Source: an uncultured virus (IMG/VR IMGVR_UViG_3300042879_004569)
Lineage: Duplodnaviria > Heunggongvirae > Uroviricota > Caudoviricetes
Strand: one strand, 5' to 3'
Length of the DNA stretch: 22,210 nt
Virus record (IMG/VR): IMGVR_UViG_3300042879_004569
The stretch's first letter is position 1. Every line of letters begins with the position of its first letter. The position numbers and the translations under genes are program-made. Under the pieces are notes generated by a model. That model made no database searches, had not been told where the DNA came from, and saw nothing but the letters and a program-made list of their open reading frames with translations. Shown piece after piece: positions 8,446 to 14,531 of the stretch.

Positions 8446-8676
8446 TTAACGAGTAGATTTCAACTGATCAAGAAGATCTTCATCAGTTTCGTCTTCATTC
8501 CAATCATCTGCAAGAATCGCAGAATGACTGTCGTCAATGTAATCATTAACGTTGTAAGTACCCGTTGGTGTAATCACGGGTAGATGTTTTGCAAACCCAA
8601 AGGCAAGATAAGTTCTGCCCCTGGGCCCACGCACAATCACATACCAACGTTTGAATTCAAGTGAGAAGCCAATCAT
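8446..8676 (-). CDS. Hypothetical protein
   Basis: MIGFSLEFKRW...; TAATG coupling with the upstream gene. Confidence 0.7.
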   Translation of the reverse strand: MIGFSLEFKRWYVIVRGPRGRTYLAFGFAKHLPVITPTGTYNVNDYIDDSHSAILADDWNEDETDEDLLDQLKSTR

Positions 8677-8933
8677 TAATCTAGATCCCAATCGGAGGTG
8701 TCCACTGGTTTCCACTCCAAGTCGAGATCAGTAAGATAACTGCAGAAGCTATCTTCGTCAGCAGGGACTTGTGTATCGTCATCCAATTCGAAACTTGCTG
8801 AGCATAATGCTGGAGCATATTCAGCAGGCTCGAAGTATGTTGCTGGATAAAGCAACCGGATGTCTTCAACAATTGCAGTAACTGTGACACGATTGTTCTC
8901 AATAGAAGTTTCTTCAATAGCAAGTACAGACAT
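8676..8933 (-). CDS. Hypothetical acidic protein
   Basis: MSVLAIEE...YPATYFEPAEYAPA...; tightly packed with its neighbours. Confidence 0.75.
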   Translation of the reverse strand: MSVLAIEETSIENNRVTVTAIVEDIRLLYPATYFEPAEYAPALCSASFELDDDTQVPADEDSFCSYLTDLDLEWKPVDTSDWDLD

Positions 8934-8935
8934 AG

Positions 8936-9133
8936 TCAAACCTCAGTAAGTTGCTTTGGTTTCATGAATGCAGATGCTGGACCATACTTTTCGACAAGGT
9001 CGGGAAACGCGTCAAGCAAACGTTGACGATTTAATGGATCCGCATATCGCAATGCTTGAGCAATTGATGAAACAAAGGAACCGCCATGTGATTGCATGAG
9101 ACAAATCATGGCAGTGAATTGAGATGAGTTCAT
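8936..9133 (-). CDS. Small conserved-type phage protein
   Basis: GGSFVSSIAQALRYADPLNRQRLLDAFP pattern recalled from small phage hypotheticals; leader CTCAACTCATG. Confidence 0.75.
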   Translation of the reverse strand: MNSSQFTAMICLMQSHGGSFVSSIAQALRYADPLNRQRLLDAFPDLVEKYGPASAFMKPKQLTEV

Positions 9134-9154
9134 GAGTTGAGATGGAATAGAACG

Positions 9155-9182
9155 CAGACAGTTTAACGTCATATCTAGGACG
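9155..9182 (-). repeat. Pseudoknot repeat family 1, copy 3 (compensatory variant)
   Basis: CGUC CUAGAUAU GACG UUAAAC UGUCUG. Confidence 0.85.
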
Positions 9183-9187
9183 TATCT

Positions 9188-9385
9188 TTAAATTATCTTT
9201 ATGTTTCGCTTGCTTAAGCCTGTGCCAGGAATACTAATTGATCCATGGACACCGGAGCCACGAACATTGAAGGTGACCTGGAACGGACCAAAGCCTATCG
9301 ACTTGGTGTAACTTTTGATGCCACGTTCAGTTACGTTGAACCCGGCAATTGTTTTGTCAAAGTTAAAAGGTGATTTGTCAGTCAT
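9188..9385 (-). CDS. DUF4236-like small protein
   Basis: C-terminal ...GSGVHGSISIPGTGLSKR resembles the DUF4236 IPGTGLS motif. Confidence 0.6.
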   Translation of the reverse strand: MTDKSPFNFDKTIAGFNVTERGIKSYTKSIGFGPFQVTFNVRGSGVHGSISIPGTGLSKRNIKII

Positions 9386-9677
9386 AACAAGAATCAGATT
9401 CGGCTAATGTAAATCTCAATTGAAAATACTCGTCCTGATCATCGACCTTGGGATAGTAACGAGCTTCAAATCCACCAGAGCCAACCACTTTGTTCTTGAT
9501 GGATTCTCTAAGCAAGCCACGAGCCATTGCTTTAAGTTTGGCTATGGATGGAAGTTCGTAACCATTACCGTTAGTCGTTTGCCACTGCCAGTCAAGCGCT
9601 GTCATGGCGATGTGAACACGTTCAAAGTTAAACGTGTCAATTACGCCATCAATTAATTTCTCTCGATCATCAGTCAT
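9378..9677 (-). CDS. Hypothetical protein
   Basis: FNFERVHIAMTALDWQW...SGGFEA; its stop overlaps the next gene's start. Confidence 0.75.
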   Translation of the reverse strand: MTDDREKLIDGVIDTFNFERVHIAMTALDWQWQTTNGNGYELPSIAKLKAMARGLLRESIKNKVVGSGGFEARYYPKVDDQDEYFQLRFTLAESDSCYD

Positions 9678-9748
9678 CGTTTAATTAAATAGTTGGATAA
9701 AATAAATCCAAAAGCAAAACAAAAAATAAAGATTAGAAATGTACTCAT
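9674..9748 (-). CDS. 24-aa hydrophobic micropeptide
   Basis: MSTFLIFIFCFAFGFILSNYLIKR; ATGA overlap with the downstream gene. Confidence 0.55.
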   Translation of the reverse strand: MSTFLIFIFCFAFGFILSNYLIKR

Positions 9749-9755
9749 TAATTCA

Positions 9756-9830
9756 TTAGTTAAGTTTGACAATTATTACTGTGACACAAATAATTGCCAC
9801 AGCATATATCAAAGCTTCAGCAATTGTCAT
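9756..9830 (-). CDS. 24-aa hydrophobic micropeptide
   Basis: MTIAEALIYAVAIICVTVIIVKLN; ATGA overlap with the upstream gene's stop. Confidence 0.55.
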   Translation of the reverse strand: MTIAEALIYAVAIICVTVIIVKLN

Positions 9831-10045
9831 TGAAGATTTTCAGGAAGAAGCATGTTGGTATCTTCGTCTGACATGTTGGTCATGACAAACTTTTCTCCGT
9901 CAGGGCTTACAAAGCCGCCAACAAAACCAATACCATTGCGATCTGCAGCTTCTTTCATCTTTGCAACAATTTGCATTGCTTGAAGACGTTGGAAGTCCAA
10001 GGCATCAGGGATGCGAGGCTTGGGAGATTCGTTGAGTGCAGACAT
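9827..10045 (-). CDS. Hypothetical protein
   Basis: 72-aa ORF with leader TTCAAATCATG. Confidence 0.75.
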   Translation of the reverse strand: MSALNESPKPRIPDALDFQRLQAMQIVAKMKEAADRNGIGFVGGFVSPDGEKFVMTNMSDEDTNMLLPENLQ

Positions 10046-10069
10046 GATTTGAATAGGAATGAAAAGTTG

Positions 10070-10122
10070 AGTCTATCAAGTATGTCAAGAGCTAGACAAC
10101 GCCTTTGACATATGGTTACAAT
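10070..10122. promoter_or_regulatory. Overlapping divergent sigma70-like promoters with an 8-bp inverted repeat
   Basis: Plus strand TAGACA-N18-TACAAT (10093-10122). Minus strand TTGTCT-N18-TAGACT with an extended TG. Inverted repeat TATGTCAA...TTGACATA. Confidence 0.5.
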
Positions 10123-10126
10123 AAGT

Positions 10127-10222
10127 GGGTCTCCTGCAGGGACCCACTGGCCAGTGGTTTAAACCAGTTAATTCTGGTACTCGTTCAAAGGGATTCCGTT
10201 GGTTGTAGGCCCAACGGTTTTT
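10127..10222 (+). ncRNA. Candidate ~95-nt sRNA
   Basis: Follows the TACAAT box. Begins with hairpin GGGTCTC-CTGCA-GGGACCC and ends with CCGTTGG-N8-CCAACGG-TTTTT, a terminator-like structure. Confidence 0.5.
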
Positions 10223-10314
10223 CTGGCTTTTGCCAGTCTCACGTAAATGAAGCAAAGGGCGTCTGGCCGCACCAGACTTAGGATCTAATGCGAACCAGCC
10301 CTTCGCTTTACTAT

Positions 10315-10515
10315 TTAAATACCTGCAAGGTGTTCAGGATATTGAGGAGTTGGGTCATAGTCCAACTCATTTTCAAGTAGTGGAATCACTTCATCTTCGA
10401 GAAGTGCAAGCGTTGATGGAGTCAAATGTTGATCCATTTCATGACGTTTTGATTCACGCTCACGAACTGCAATGAGTTCTTTGAGTATGTTTTTGAGAAC
10501 TGCGTATTCATTCAT
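10315..10515 (-). CDS. Hypothetical protein
   Basis: 66-aa ORF with leader AATCAACCATG. Confidence 0.7.
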   Translation of the reverse strand: MNEYAVLKNILKELIAVRERESKRHEMDQHLTPSTLALLEDEVIPLLENELDYDPTPQYPEHLAGI

Positions 10516-10576
10516 GGTTGATTCAGTGATTGTTGTAGTTGAGTAGTTTTAAAATAAAAGCAAATGAAATACATAA

Positions 10577-11008
10577 GTGGAATTCGCTGGTAAATTAGCA
10601 AGCTTTTTGTCACAGCCAACAAGCGATGCACTGTTAGACTTTCAGTTTTACAATCCAAATAGTCCAGAAGGTGTCCAAAAACTTGGCAACGTATTTGGCA
10701 GCCTTCTTGGCAAAGGCTCAATGCAGTTTGGTGATGATACTGGTAGAGCAGCTATTAATCCATTGACTGGACAATTTGAGTTAATGGGAAAAAACTTTGG
10801 TATTGAAATTAATCCAAACCAAATGGATCCCAGTGCACAATTTAAATTCCAATTTGGCAAAGCTGCAGAAAAACCTTCACCTCCTGTAATGATGTCTCAG
10901 TTTTTAAGTGAAGGAATAAAAGAACCTTCACTATCAGCAGGACGACAAGAATTAGAACAGCAACTGGAAAGATACCGTTCTACCAATCCTTATTGGTATC
11001 GTCCTTAA
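10577..11008 (+). CDS. Hypothetical protein, lone plus-strand gene in the minus-strand arm
   Basis: 143-aa ORF (GTG start) with upstream TAAAATAAA and a downstream hairpin. Confidence 0.75.
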   Translation: MEFAGKLASFLSQPTSDALLDFQFYNPNSPEGVQKLGNVFGSLLGKGSMQFGDDTGRAAINPLTGQFELMGKNFGIEINPNQMDPSAQFKFQFGKAAEKPSPPVMMSQFLSEGIKEPSLSAGRQELEQQLERYRSTNPYWYRP

Positions 11009-11017
11009 GAAAAGAAC

Positions 11018-11042
11018 AAGTGTATAAATTGGTATACACTTT
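11018..11042 (+). terminator. Hairpin after the plus-strand gene
   Basis: AAGTGTATA-AATTGG-TATACACTT. Confidence 0.4.
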
Positions 11043-11095
11043 ACAGTAATAAGTTGCGCTGGGTGTGGTCAGAATTAATCTGTCATTTGATTGAT

Positions 11096-11133
11096 AAGAA
11101 ATAATGCCCAACCCAAGATATTGAGTTAGGCAT
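11096..11133 (-). terminator. Probable terminator of the leftward early cluster
   Basis: ATGCCTAACTCAA-TATC-TTGGGTTGGGCAT (G-U pairs on the minus strand) followed by TATTTCTT. Confidence 0.6.
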
Positions 11134-11162
11134 ATAACTGTAGAACAAATGAATTGCATAGT

Positions 11163-11501
11163 TTAGATCATGCCAAGAATCCTAAGCCAGCTGTCTGGAT
11201 GGTCCGGTTCGACCTCGTCTTCACTTGGGGTGAACGCGATTGAGTCAAAGCACCACTCCTCGATTTCTTCGTTGGTTGGGATGTCGTACCAACCTTGGAG
11301 TTCTTTGTCCCCGTAGACGGGGATCCAATAACAACGGAGGATTCCTTGCTTATTTCTGTAGACGTTACCGGTGCAAGGGATTGCACCTTTGGGAGCGTCT
11401 TGGAAGTCACACTCCGCCTGGTACTGCTGCTGCCCTTCTTCTTGGTCGAAGGGTTCGTAACCAAAAGTTGCAGCGATTTCTTGGGTAATGGGGTGAAGCA
11501 T
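11163..11501 (-). CDS. Hypothetical acidic phage protein
   Basis: Protein-like C-terminus PTNEEIEEWCFDS...VEPDHPDSWLRILGMI. Confidence 0.7.
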   Translation of the reverse strand: MLHPITQEIAATFGYEPFDQEEGQQQYQAECDFQDAPKGAIPCTGNVYRNKQGILRCYWIPVYGDKELQGWYDIPTNEEIEEWCFDSIAFTPSEDEVEPDHPDSWLRILGMI

Positions 11502-11602
11502 GAAATAAACTCCGTAATAATGATTGAAATAATGGCAATGATTAAGACGATTAACTCGTCAATTGAATCGAGTTGAATTTGTTTAGTTTGAGTTGTCGTC
11601 AT
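11168..11602 (-). CDS. Putative membrane-anchored Ser/Thr/Lys-rich protein overprinted on 11163-11501
   Basis: N-terminal TM LIVLIIAIISIIITEFI lies in otherwise unoccupied DNA; the start overlaps the upstream gene's end. Confidence 0.45.
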   Translation of the reverse strand: MTTTQTKQIQLDSIDELIVLIIAIISIIITEFISCFTPLPKKSLQLLVTNPSTKKKGSSSTRRSVTSKTLPKVQSLAPVTSTEISKESSVVIGSPSTGTKNSKVGTTSQPTKKSRSGALTQSRSPQVKTRSNRTIQTAGLGFLA

Positions 11603-11723
11603 AAACGACGCCCTCCCAATCTTGTTGATCAGATTCCATCATTGCCTGTCGTTGTTCATATGCAAGATCTGCCATTGCATCAAGCAGATCTGCATTATAG
11701 TTTTCGTCGAGTGTTTGATGCAT
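11583..11723 (-). CDS. Small acidic hypothetical protein (46 aa)
   Basis: MHQTLDENYNADLLDAMAD...; leader CAAATCATG. Confidence 0.65.
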   Translation of the reverse strand: MHQTLDENYNADLLDAMADLAYEQRQAMMESDQQDWEGVVYDDNSN

Positions 11724-11753
11724 GATTTGCGGTGATTTGAATGTAGTATTTGT

Positions 11754-11781
11754 CGAGCAGTTTAATGTCTTACTCAGGACA
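11754..11781 (-). repeat. Pseudoknot repeat family 1, copy 4
   Basis: UGUC CUGAGUAA GACA UUAAAC UGCUCG. Confidence 0.85.
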
Positions 11782-11860
11782 GGCCATACGCAATTCGCAA
11801 ATAGCGAATGTAAAACCACTCATATGTGGGGTGATACCACCCATTAATTAAGTGGTCCTA

Positions 11861-12298
11861 TCAAATTGATTTCCAAGCGAAGCCCTTATCTATGCCACGG
11901 ATAGTGTGCTGGCTCACACCATACGCTTGGCCAATTTGGATATAGGCTTGATTCCGAGAACGGAATTGAGACATGATGCTCTTGTCTTTCAGCATCTCCT
12001 TGATTTGAGACGCTGTTGATTTAGTGAGCTTTGCATTAAAACGCGCAGCTCTTTCAAGACAATCAGACGTAGGCAGTGCTGGTTTACTATTACCACCAGT
12101 TCTAGTAATAGATTTAATTACTGGTACTGGCTGTTGCAGCGGGGGCCTGGGGGTAGTGTTGAAGACCTTGCCATCGATGGGAAAGCCGACAGTTACGTCA
12201 GCTCCATCTTTACGGACAGAGATCACAACACGCCCCTGCTTAGTAATAACGGATACATGATCCGGGTTTGCTACGTCAAGTTGAGAGAGAAGTTCCAT
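11861..12298 (-). CDS. Putative DNA-binding protein with C-terminal HTH
   Basis: NAKLTKSTASQIK...IGQAYGVSQHTIRGIDKGFAWKSI. Confidence 0.7.
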   Translation of the reverse strand: MELLSQLDVANPDHVSVITKQGRVVISVRKDGADVTVGFPIDGKVFNTTPRPPLQQPVPVIKSITRTGGNSKPALPTSDCLERAARFNAKLTKSTASQIKEMLKDKSIMSQFRSRNQAYIQIGQAYGVSQHTIRGIDKGFAWKSI

Positions 12299-12323
12299 GA
12301 ATTGAAGGTGGGAACGGTAAGAG

Positions 12324-12361
12324 ACTAGCTAGTAGCTGGCAAAGCACAACCACTAACTAGT
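12324..12361 (-). promoter_or_regulatory. 15-bp intergenic hairpin (possible RNase III site)
   Basis: ACTAGTTAGTGGTTG-N8-CAGCTACTAGCTAGT with three G-U pairs on the minus strand. Confidence 0.55.
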
Positions 12362-12371
12362 GTAAAGATTT

Positions 12372-12719
12372 CTAAAGATACAGATATCCGCCAGCCCAGT
12401 CAGCACGTTTAAGGCATTGCTCAAACGATGCGTCGTCCAGCAGTTGATAGCGCACATGCTTTGCAGGCGCACGCCAGCTGGCTGGTTTGTAAACGCACCC
12501 AGTCTGGCGATGAACAAACGCATGGACTGACTTGGAGCCGTGGTCACTCATTACGATCTTCAAGTATTTAGTCCCAGGAACCACTTCAAATGTAAGATGG
12601 TCTTTGTGGTAGTACTGTGAATTTCCGTTACGACTGGCGTAGTTCTTTACTAAAACGTCCAACAACTTGTTGATACGTTCATTAAGTAAAGCAGTGTGTT
12701 CTTTAAGAGATGTTGTCAT
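12372..12719 (-). CDS. Conserved-type phage hypothetical protein
   Basis: KYLKIV...SVHAFV...TGCVYKPASWRAPAKHVRY...ADWAGGYLY motif recalled from cyanophage hypotheticals. Confidence 0.8.
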   Translation of the reverse strand: MTTSLKEHTALLNERINKLLDVLVKNYASRNGNSQYYHKDHLTFEVVPGTKYLKIVMSDHGSKSVHAFVHRQTGCVYKPASWRAPAKHVRYQLLDDASFEQCLKRADWAGGYLYL

Positions 12720-12910
12720 TTGGTGCGTTGAATAGTTGGTGAACTGACATTGGTAATGTCAACGCCAAGCATGGCGCCAACAGTGATAGATGCAATGGCA
12801 ATGACAAAGAGTGTGCCCACGAAAGTGAGCAACGGATGAGTCTCATAAGACTCACCGTAAGAGTCAAGGTGAACGTATTTACCTTCACCTGTTTTGATAA
12901 CGTGTTTCAT
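12716..12910 (-). CDS. Small membrane protein
   Basis: MKHVIK...LLTFVGTLFVIAIASITVGAMLGV; ATGA overlap with the downstream gene. Confidence 0.7.
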   Translation of the reverse strand: MKHVIKTGEGKYVHLDSYGESYETHPLLTFVGTLFVIAIASITVGAMLGVDITNVSSPTIQRTK

Positions 12911-12937
12911 AAGTTGAGATGTTGAGTAACAATAGTG

Positions 12938-12997
12938 TGCAGGAAGTAAATCCTGCAAGAAAGCCTGGTGTTACTCAGGCCTTGATGCAGGAATTAA
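12938..12997 (-). repeat. Switch-hairpin repeat family 2, copy A
   Basis: stop-UUAAU-UCCUGCA...[GGCCUG/CAGGCU]...UGCAGGA-UUUACU-UCCUGCA. Confidence 0.75.
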
Positions 12998-13399
12998 TCA
13001 GAGTTCAACGGGCTCTAGCGTTGGCTGGGCCTTAGGTTTCTTGACAACAGCTTTAGGTTCATCCTTCGGTTGAGGCTTGGAACCAAAGGCATAGTCAATA
13101 ACCTTGAGTTGAAACTCTGGTTGCTTGAGCGGAATAAGTTCGTCATCTTTGAGATAAAACGAACGAATGCCCTGGATTTTACCGGTAACATGCAACTCTT
13201 GTCCAACGACAAGGTTGTTGTTCTTGTACGCAGTCAGCAATCCGTTCGAGTTAAGAAACCGAACAGTGATTGTGGAATCTTGAGTGATTCGATGGTACAA
13301 GGTAACAGCCAGGCAATCCCGCTCGTCTTCTGTTTGCAAGACTTTGAGGTCTGCAATGCGACCAACGAGAGTCAGTGATTGAAGGTCAGCGTAAGCCAT
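12998..13399 (-). CDS. SSB-like OB-fold protein
   Basis: SLTLVGRI...AVTL...TVRF...LVVGQELHVTGKI pattern; lacks a classic acidic DF tail. Confidence 0.6.
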   Translation of the reverse strand: MAYADLQSLTLVGRIADLKVLQTEDERDCLAVTLYHRITQDSTITVRFLNSNGLLTAYKNNNLVVGQELHVTGKIQGIRSFYLKDDELIPLKQPEFQLKVIDYAFGSKPQPKDEPKAVVKKPKAQPTLEPVEL

Positions 13400-13428
13400 A
13401 AGTTGAATTGAATTGAATGCAATGAATA

Positions 13429-13504
13429 GCAGGATGTTGAGTCCTGCAGTAAACCCACCGTCCGATACGAATTCGTATCAAAACGGAAGGGTTAAATGCA
13501 GAAA
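13429..13504 (-). repeat. Switch-hairpin repeat family 2, copy B (contains a 16-bp palindrome)
   Basis: stop-UUUCUGCA...[AACCC...GGGUU]...UGCAGGA-CUCAACA-UCCUGC. Confidence 0.75.
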
Positions 13505-13744
13505 TCAATCGAGGTGATCCAATTCCCATTTAATCAGTGCCTTATTAGCTTGAACTTTGCGTTCAATCACAGCACAGAAAGGAATTAGATCTTTGAACTC
13601 ACACATGTGATCCTGCCATTGAAAGAAGATTTCCAGCGCAGCTTGACGCTGTGCTTCGAGTTCTTGATCAATGACAGGGGCATCTCTCCTGGCAAGCAGG
13701 CGAGCTTCTTGTGTGAGCAGATGTTCAACGGCTTTAGGAGTCAT
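13505..13744 (-). CDS. Hypothetical protein
   Basis: MTPKAVEHLLTQE...; leader CTCAATCATG. Confidence 0.7.
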   Translation of the reverse strand: MTPKAVEHLLTQEARLLARRDAPVIDQELEAQRQAALEIFFQWQDHMCEFKDLIPFCAVIERKVQANKALIKWELDHLD

Positions 13745-13775
13745 GATTGAGTCCAGTTGGAGTTGAGTTGAATTA

Positions 13776-13826
13776 GCAGGATGAATCCTGCAGAAACCCA
13801 TCAGTAACGATGGGTAGTTGCAGAAA
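13776..13826 (-). repeat. Switch-hairpin repeat family 2, copy C
   Basis: stop-UUUCUGCA...[ACCCAUC/GAUGGGU]...UGCAGGA-UUCA-UCCUGC. Confidence 0.75.
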
Positions 13827-14024
13827 TCACAAGTAATGTTTGTCGACGCAATAGTAAGTATCACCAAGAAAACCGGTGATCATTACTAATTGATGCGTCG
13901 CCTTTGACGGACAATGTTTAATGTAGTGCTGGTTGATTAGCTTCTGACAGGCAACTGCCAAAAGCATGCCAACACCTGTGCCAAGTACCATGGCAAGCAC
14001 TGGAGACATTGATAGATTTCTCAT
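13827..14024 (-). CDS. Small membrane/secreted protein
   Basis: Hydrophobic VLAMVLGTGVGMLLAVAC; TAATG coupling with the upstream gene. Confidence 0.65.
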   Translation of the reverse strand: MRNLSMSPVLAMVLGTGVGMLLAVACQKLINQHYIKHCPSKATHQLVMITGFLGDTYYCVDKHYL

Positions 14025-14257
14025 TAGACGTTAACCAGTTCCATGCACTGGCAGTAGTTGTAGTAGTCCACAAGTTCAGCTTGAAGTTCACTGACTCCTG
14101 ATGGAATGCCGCAGCCAAGGGTGCGGACAGTACGATCAATCCACTTGGGATTGCCATACTCATCAATGGATTCAGTTTCGTAATGAAGCTGAGTAGACTC
14201 ACCGCCATACCAAACGACACGGTCGTTGGAATAAATGTTCGGTTGATAAATGAACAT
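14024..14257 (-). CDS. Hypothetical protein
   Basis: MFIYQPNIYSNDRVVWYGG...; leader CCTCAACCAATG. Confidence 0.7.
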   Translation of the reverse strand: MFIYQPNIYSNDRVVWYGGESTQLHYETESIDEYGNPKWIDRTVRTLGCGIPSGVSELQAELVDYYNYCQCMELVNV

Positions 14258-14294
14258 TGGTTGAGGTGAAGCCAGGAGTAATGCACCTGGCAAT

Positions 14295-14341
14295 AACTGG
14301 ACCAGGGTTTGCACCTGGTCACCCGCTTTTACGGATCAGTT
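14295..14341 (-). ncRNA. tRNA-mimic repeat family 3, copy X
   Basis: AACUG AUCCGU-AAAA-GCGGGU GACCAGG-UGCAAAC-CCUGGUC CAGUU. Confidence 0.7.
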
Positions 14342-14488
14342 GCAAACTAATTCCTCACTAACAAGGAACCGTTCACCTTCCTCTGGTTCTTGAGATTGAA
14401 CATATTTGTCAGCCGCTTCACGGCTAGCAAATACACCCAAGAAGTGATCCTGGTACAGATCACAGAGGATAACAACGTAAACCAACAT
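14336..14488 (-). CDS. Small hypothetical protein (50 aa)
   Basis: Manual translation MLVYVVILCDLYQDHFLGVFASREAADKYV...; AGGAG 6 nt upstream of the ATG. Confidence 0.75.
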   Translation of the reverse strand: MLVYVVILCDLYQDHFLGVFASREAADKYVQSQEPEEGERFLVSEELVCN

Positions 14489-14531
14489 GGTTTACTCCTG
14501 TTGTGCGGTACCCATCTCCGCTGAGGGTAAT

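Noticed and set aside
10085..10320. Open minus-strand frame after TTTAAAT plus a stem, as a -1 frameshift extension of 10315-10515
   Set aside because: The heptamer is not in X_XXY_YYZ phase with the upstream ORF, and the frame has no suitable start of its own.
11163..11602. Overlapping pair as Rz/Rz1 spanins
   Set aside because: The embedded ORF has no signal peptide or lipobox, the outer ORF lacks a coiled coil, and no lysis genes are adjacent.
3373..11781. Family 1 repeats as a CRISPR array or hammerhead ribozymes
   Set aside because: The copies are dispersed 0.7-5 kb apart with genes between them, no cas genes are present, and the hammerhead CUGAnGA...GAAA core is incomplete.
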